From: Cyanobacteria bacterium P01_A01_bin.123
Lineage (GTDB): Bacteria > Cyanobacteriota > Cyanobacteriia > Phormidesmidales > Phormidesmidaceae
Direction: 5' to 3'
Assembly (NCBI GenBank): GCA_039815185.1
Contig: JBCBZT010000093.1
Coordinates: 1-17,729 of the forward strand
Length of the DNA: 17,729 nt
Under the pieces are notes generated by a model, which ran no database searches, was not told the origin of the DNA, and was given only the letters and a program-made list of their open reading frames with translations. Positions within the stretch are counted from its first letter, which is position 1. Every line of letters starts with the position of its first letter. A program made the position numbers and the translations under genes. Below are positions 15,772-17,729 of the stretch, piece after piece.

Positions 15772-17559
15772 TCAGGCGGAGGGGTGCTGGAGGGTTGCAA
15801 GATAGGTTTTGACCTGTTCAGCCAGGATTGGCCCGGATCGCTGGTTGAATAAATTGCCAAAGAAACCCGGAATTTTTGTCATGTCTACTTTGTCTTTGGC
15901 GACGATTTGCCAGCCGAGCTCTGGGCCAAAGTACCAGTCCAAGATTTGGATATTGGCGCGGAAGAGTTTGATCCGACCTGAGTAGGGCTGGGGCACATAG
16001 TCTTCCGTCGCCAGCTCGTTCGCTTTTTGGGCGCGAGCGTAGCGATATTCATAGGGAATCTTCGGGGGAGTCGGCGCTGTTGGAGCGGTGACGGCTGATT
16101 GATTGTCGGCAGTTGTCCCCTTGTTCTCTGATGCTTGGGAGGTATGCTCTCGAAGTTCGGTGGAGACTGGGGCAGAAGGGGGAGCGGGTTTTAACCGCTG
16201 CCAGATTTTGCTGGGCAGCAGCGCTAGCTTCTCCCAACCGCCGTGGTAATAGTAGTTTTTGCGCAGCCAAAAGACGCCGAGCTGTAGCTTGCCCTGCAAC
16301 CGAATCAGTAGCGTATCCGGTGGCGGTTCTGGACGGTAGGCATCAATCAAGACAATGCTGACGACTTCTTCCCCTTGGGCCTGGAGCTGTTGGGCAATTT
16401 CAAACGCAACCGCGCCCCCAAAACAGTGACCGCCAACTAGGTATGGGCCGTTGGGCTGCACCATCCGCATTTCTTCAACACAGGCTGTCGCTAGGGCTTC
16501 AACGCTGTTGTGGATCACTTCACTGCCGTCGAGGTCAGGACGCTGGAGCGCATAGAAAGGCTGATTTGGCCCCAGCAGATGGGAGAACCGGGCCCAGGTG
16601 AGCGCATCCGCTGAGCCCCCGTGAAAGAACAATGGCAGTTGGGTACCACTGGGCTGAATCGGCACCAGGCTAGTCCACGGCGAAACGGGTTGGTCTTGGC
16701 TGAGTAAGGCGGCAAACTTGCGCACATTGGGCGCTTGAAACAGAGTCGCCAGCGGCAGCGTGCAATCGAGTTGCTGTTGCATCTGATTAAACAATTGCAC
16801 TGCTAGTAGCGAGTCGCCTCCCACATCAAAGAAACTGTCTTCAACACTGAGGGGCCGCACACCTAAAACCCCCTCCCAAATTTGAGTCAGCTTCAGTTCC
16901 AAGGGATTGCTGGGGGCAAAGAAACTCCCCTCTAACTGTTCTCGACTGAGATTCGGGAGCGCCTCGGGGACTGATGAGCTAGGTTGAGGTTCATCGGTAA
17001 TCGTCTCTGCTAGGGGTGGCAAGATTTCGTTGATGGTTCGATGGGGATTGTCAGCGATCGCGTTTAAGATCTCTTGAAACTGATCGAGCAATGTTTCCAG
17101 CAATTTACCGTCGAAGCGTTCTGAGTCAGCCCGCAACATCAGCGTCAGGGTATCGCCAGGTTTGACAATCACTGTCAGCCCGTAGGTGCTGACCAGCCCT
17201 GACTGAACGTTATCGACTTGCAGACTACAGCCAGCCTCAGCGACGCGGACAGGGTAGTTTTCAATCACCAATAGACTGTCAAACAAACGCCCCGATACCT
17301 GACTCCAGCTTTGGATTTGGTCGGGGGAGGCGTAGGCATAGCGGCTAACTTCGGTCTGCTGATTCTGAAGGGTTTGCAGCCAGGTCACAATTGCCTGGTC
17401 TGGCGATATCGCTACCCGCACGGGCAAAACGCTGATTAGCAGCCCCACGATCGCTTCAACCCCGGCTAAATCTGCCTGACGCCCTGAGATGGTTGAGCCA
17501 AAAAGGACGTCGGATTTACCGCTGTAGCGATGCAGCAGCATTGCCCAGACACCTTGCAT
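15772..17559 (-). CDS. NRPS terminal module fragment: C-terminal half of a condensation domain, PCP and thioesterase-like domain, no adenylation domain; 5' end interrupted
   Basis: C-domain motifs QGVWAMLLHRYSG..DVLFG.TISGR, VGLLISVLPVRV and LFDSLLVIENYP. PCP motif FFDVGGDSLLA (Ser codon 16812-16810). TE motifs LVPIQPSG..PLFF and GPYLVGGHCFGG. C-like sequence continues in frame to about 17616, with a stop at 17625-17623. Confidence 0.88.
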   Translation of the reverse strand: MQGVWAMLLHRYSGKSDVLFGSTISGRQADLAGVEAIVGLLISVLPVRVAISPDQAIVTWLQTLQNQQTEVSRYAYASPDQIQSWSQVSGRLFDSLLVIENYPVRVAEAGCSLQVDNVQSGLVSTYGLTVIVKPGDTLTLMLRADSERFDGKLLETLLDQFQEILNAIADNPHRTINEILPPLAETITDEPQPSSSVPEALPNLSREQLEGSFFAPSNPLELKLTQIWEGVLGVRPLSVEDSFFDVGGDSLLAVQLFNQMQQQLDCTLPLATLFQAPNVRKFAALLSQDQPVSPWTSLVPIQPSGTQLPLFFHGGSADALTWARFSHLLGPNQPFYALQRPDLDGSEVIHNSVEALATACVEEMRMVQPNGPYLVGGHCFGGAVAFEIAQQLQAQGEEVVSIVLIDAYRPEPPPDTLLIRLQGKLQLGVFWLRKNYYYHGGWEKLALLPSKIWQRLKPAPPSAPVSTELREHTSQASENKGTTADNQSAVTAPTAPTPPKIPYEYRYARAQKANELATEDYVPQPYSGRIKLFRANIQILDWYFGPELGWQIVAKDKVDMTKIPGFFGNLFNQRSGPILAEQVKTYLATLQHPSA

Positions 17560-17729
17560 GAGGGTGTTGAGGGTAAGGCGGTGCGATCGCAGGAAGTTCT
17601 GTATTTCGGCAGTTTTCTTGGCTCAAACATAATGTGATTGCTTGATCATGCTCATACTGTACTGTGTGTACAAACAGGCACTGACACAGTCTCAAGTTAC
17701 CTTGAGTGGATCTGCTACTACATGATCGC

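Larger units (their letters stand above)
516..17590. repeat. Dispersed HIP1 octamers (GCGATCGC)
   Basis: Perfect copies start at 516, 720, 1902, 3555, 4547, 5000, 5432, 6385, 6712, 7003, 7749, 9094, 10403, 11080, 11234, 14999, 15035, 17054 and 17583. HIP1 over-representation is typical of many cyanobacteria. Confidence 0.9.

Noticed and set aside
17581..17590. GTGCG as a group II intron 5' end
   Set aside because: It overlaps a HIP1 site inside C-domain-coding sequence, and no domain V/VI motif is visible.

Overview
Cyanobacterial DNA: at least 19 perfect HIP1 GCGATCGC octamers by eye, plus typical cyanobacterial REP-, SDR- and STRR-type repeats. The left and middle of the window hold the 3' end of a MATE transporter, a large inverse-autotransporter-like beta-barrel/beta-helix surface protein, a membrane-anchored pseudo-orthocaspase (catalytic His/Cys replaced by Tyr/Asn) coupled to a DUF427 gene, several hypothetical proteins, a pentapeptide-repeat protein, a peptidoglycan-binding protein and a RidA-family gene. 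The right end holds the 3' part of a minus-strand biosynthetic operon: an A-domain-less NRPS C-T-TE whose C domain breaks near 17620 and whose TE has Cys in place of Ser and no obvious catalytic His, then a GT-B glycosyltransferase and a sulfotransferase. The strongest signals outside the ORF track point to a dispersed or decayed integron. An AT-rich YwqG-family gene is bracketed by complementary 9-bp core/inverse-core sites and a 54-bp attC-like hairpin, so it looks like a lone gene cassette. About 12 kb away, a 13-codon stub resembling the N-terminus of an integron integrase stops at a HIP1 site. All family calls come from motif recognition only; no searches were run.
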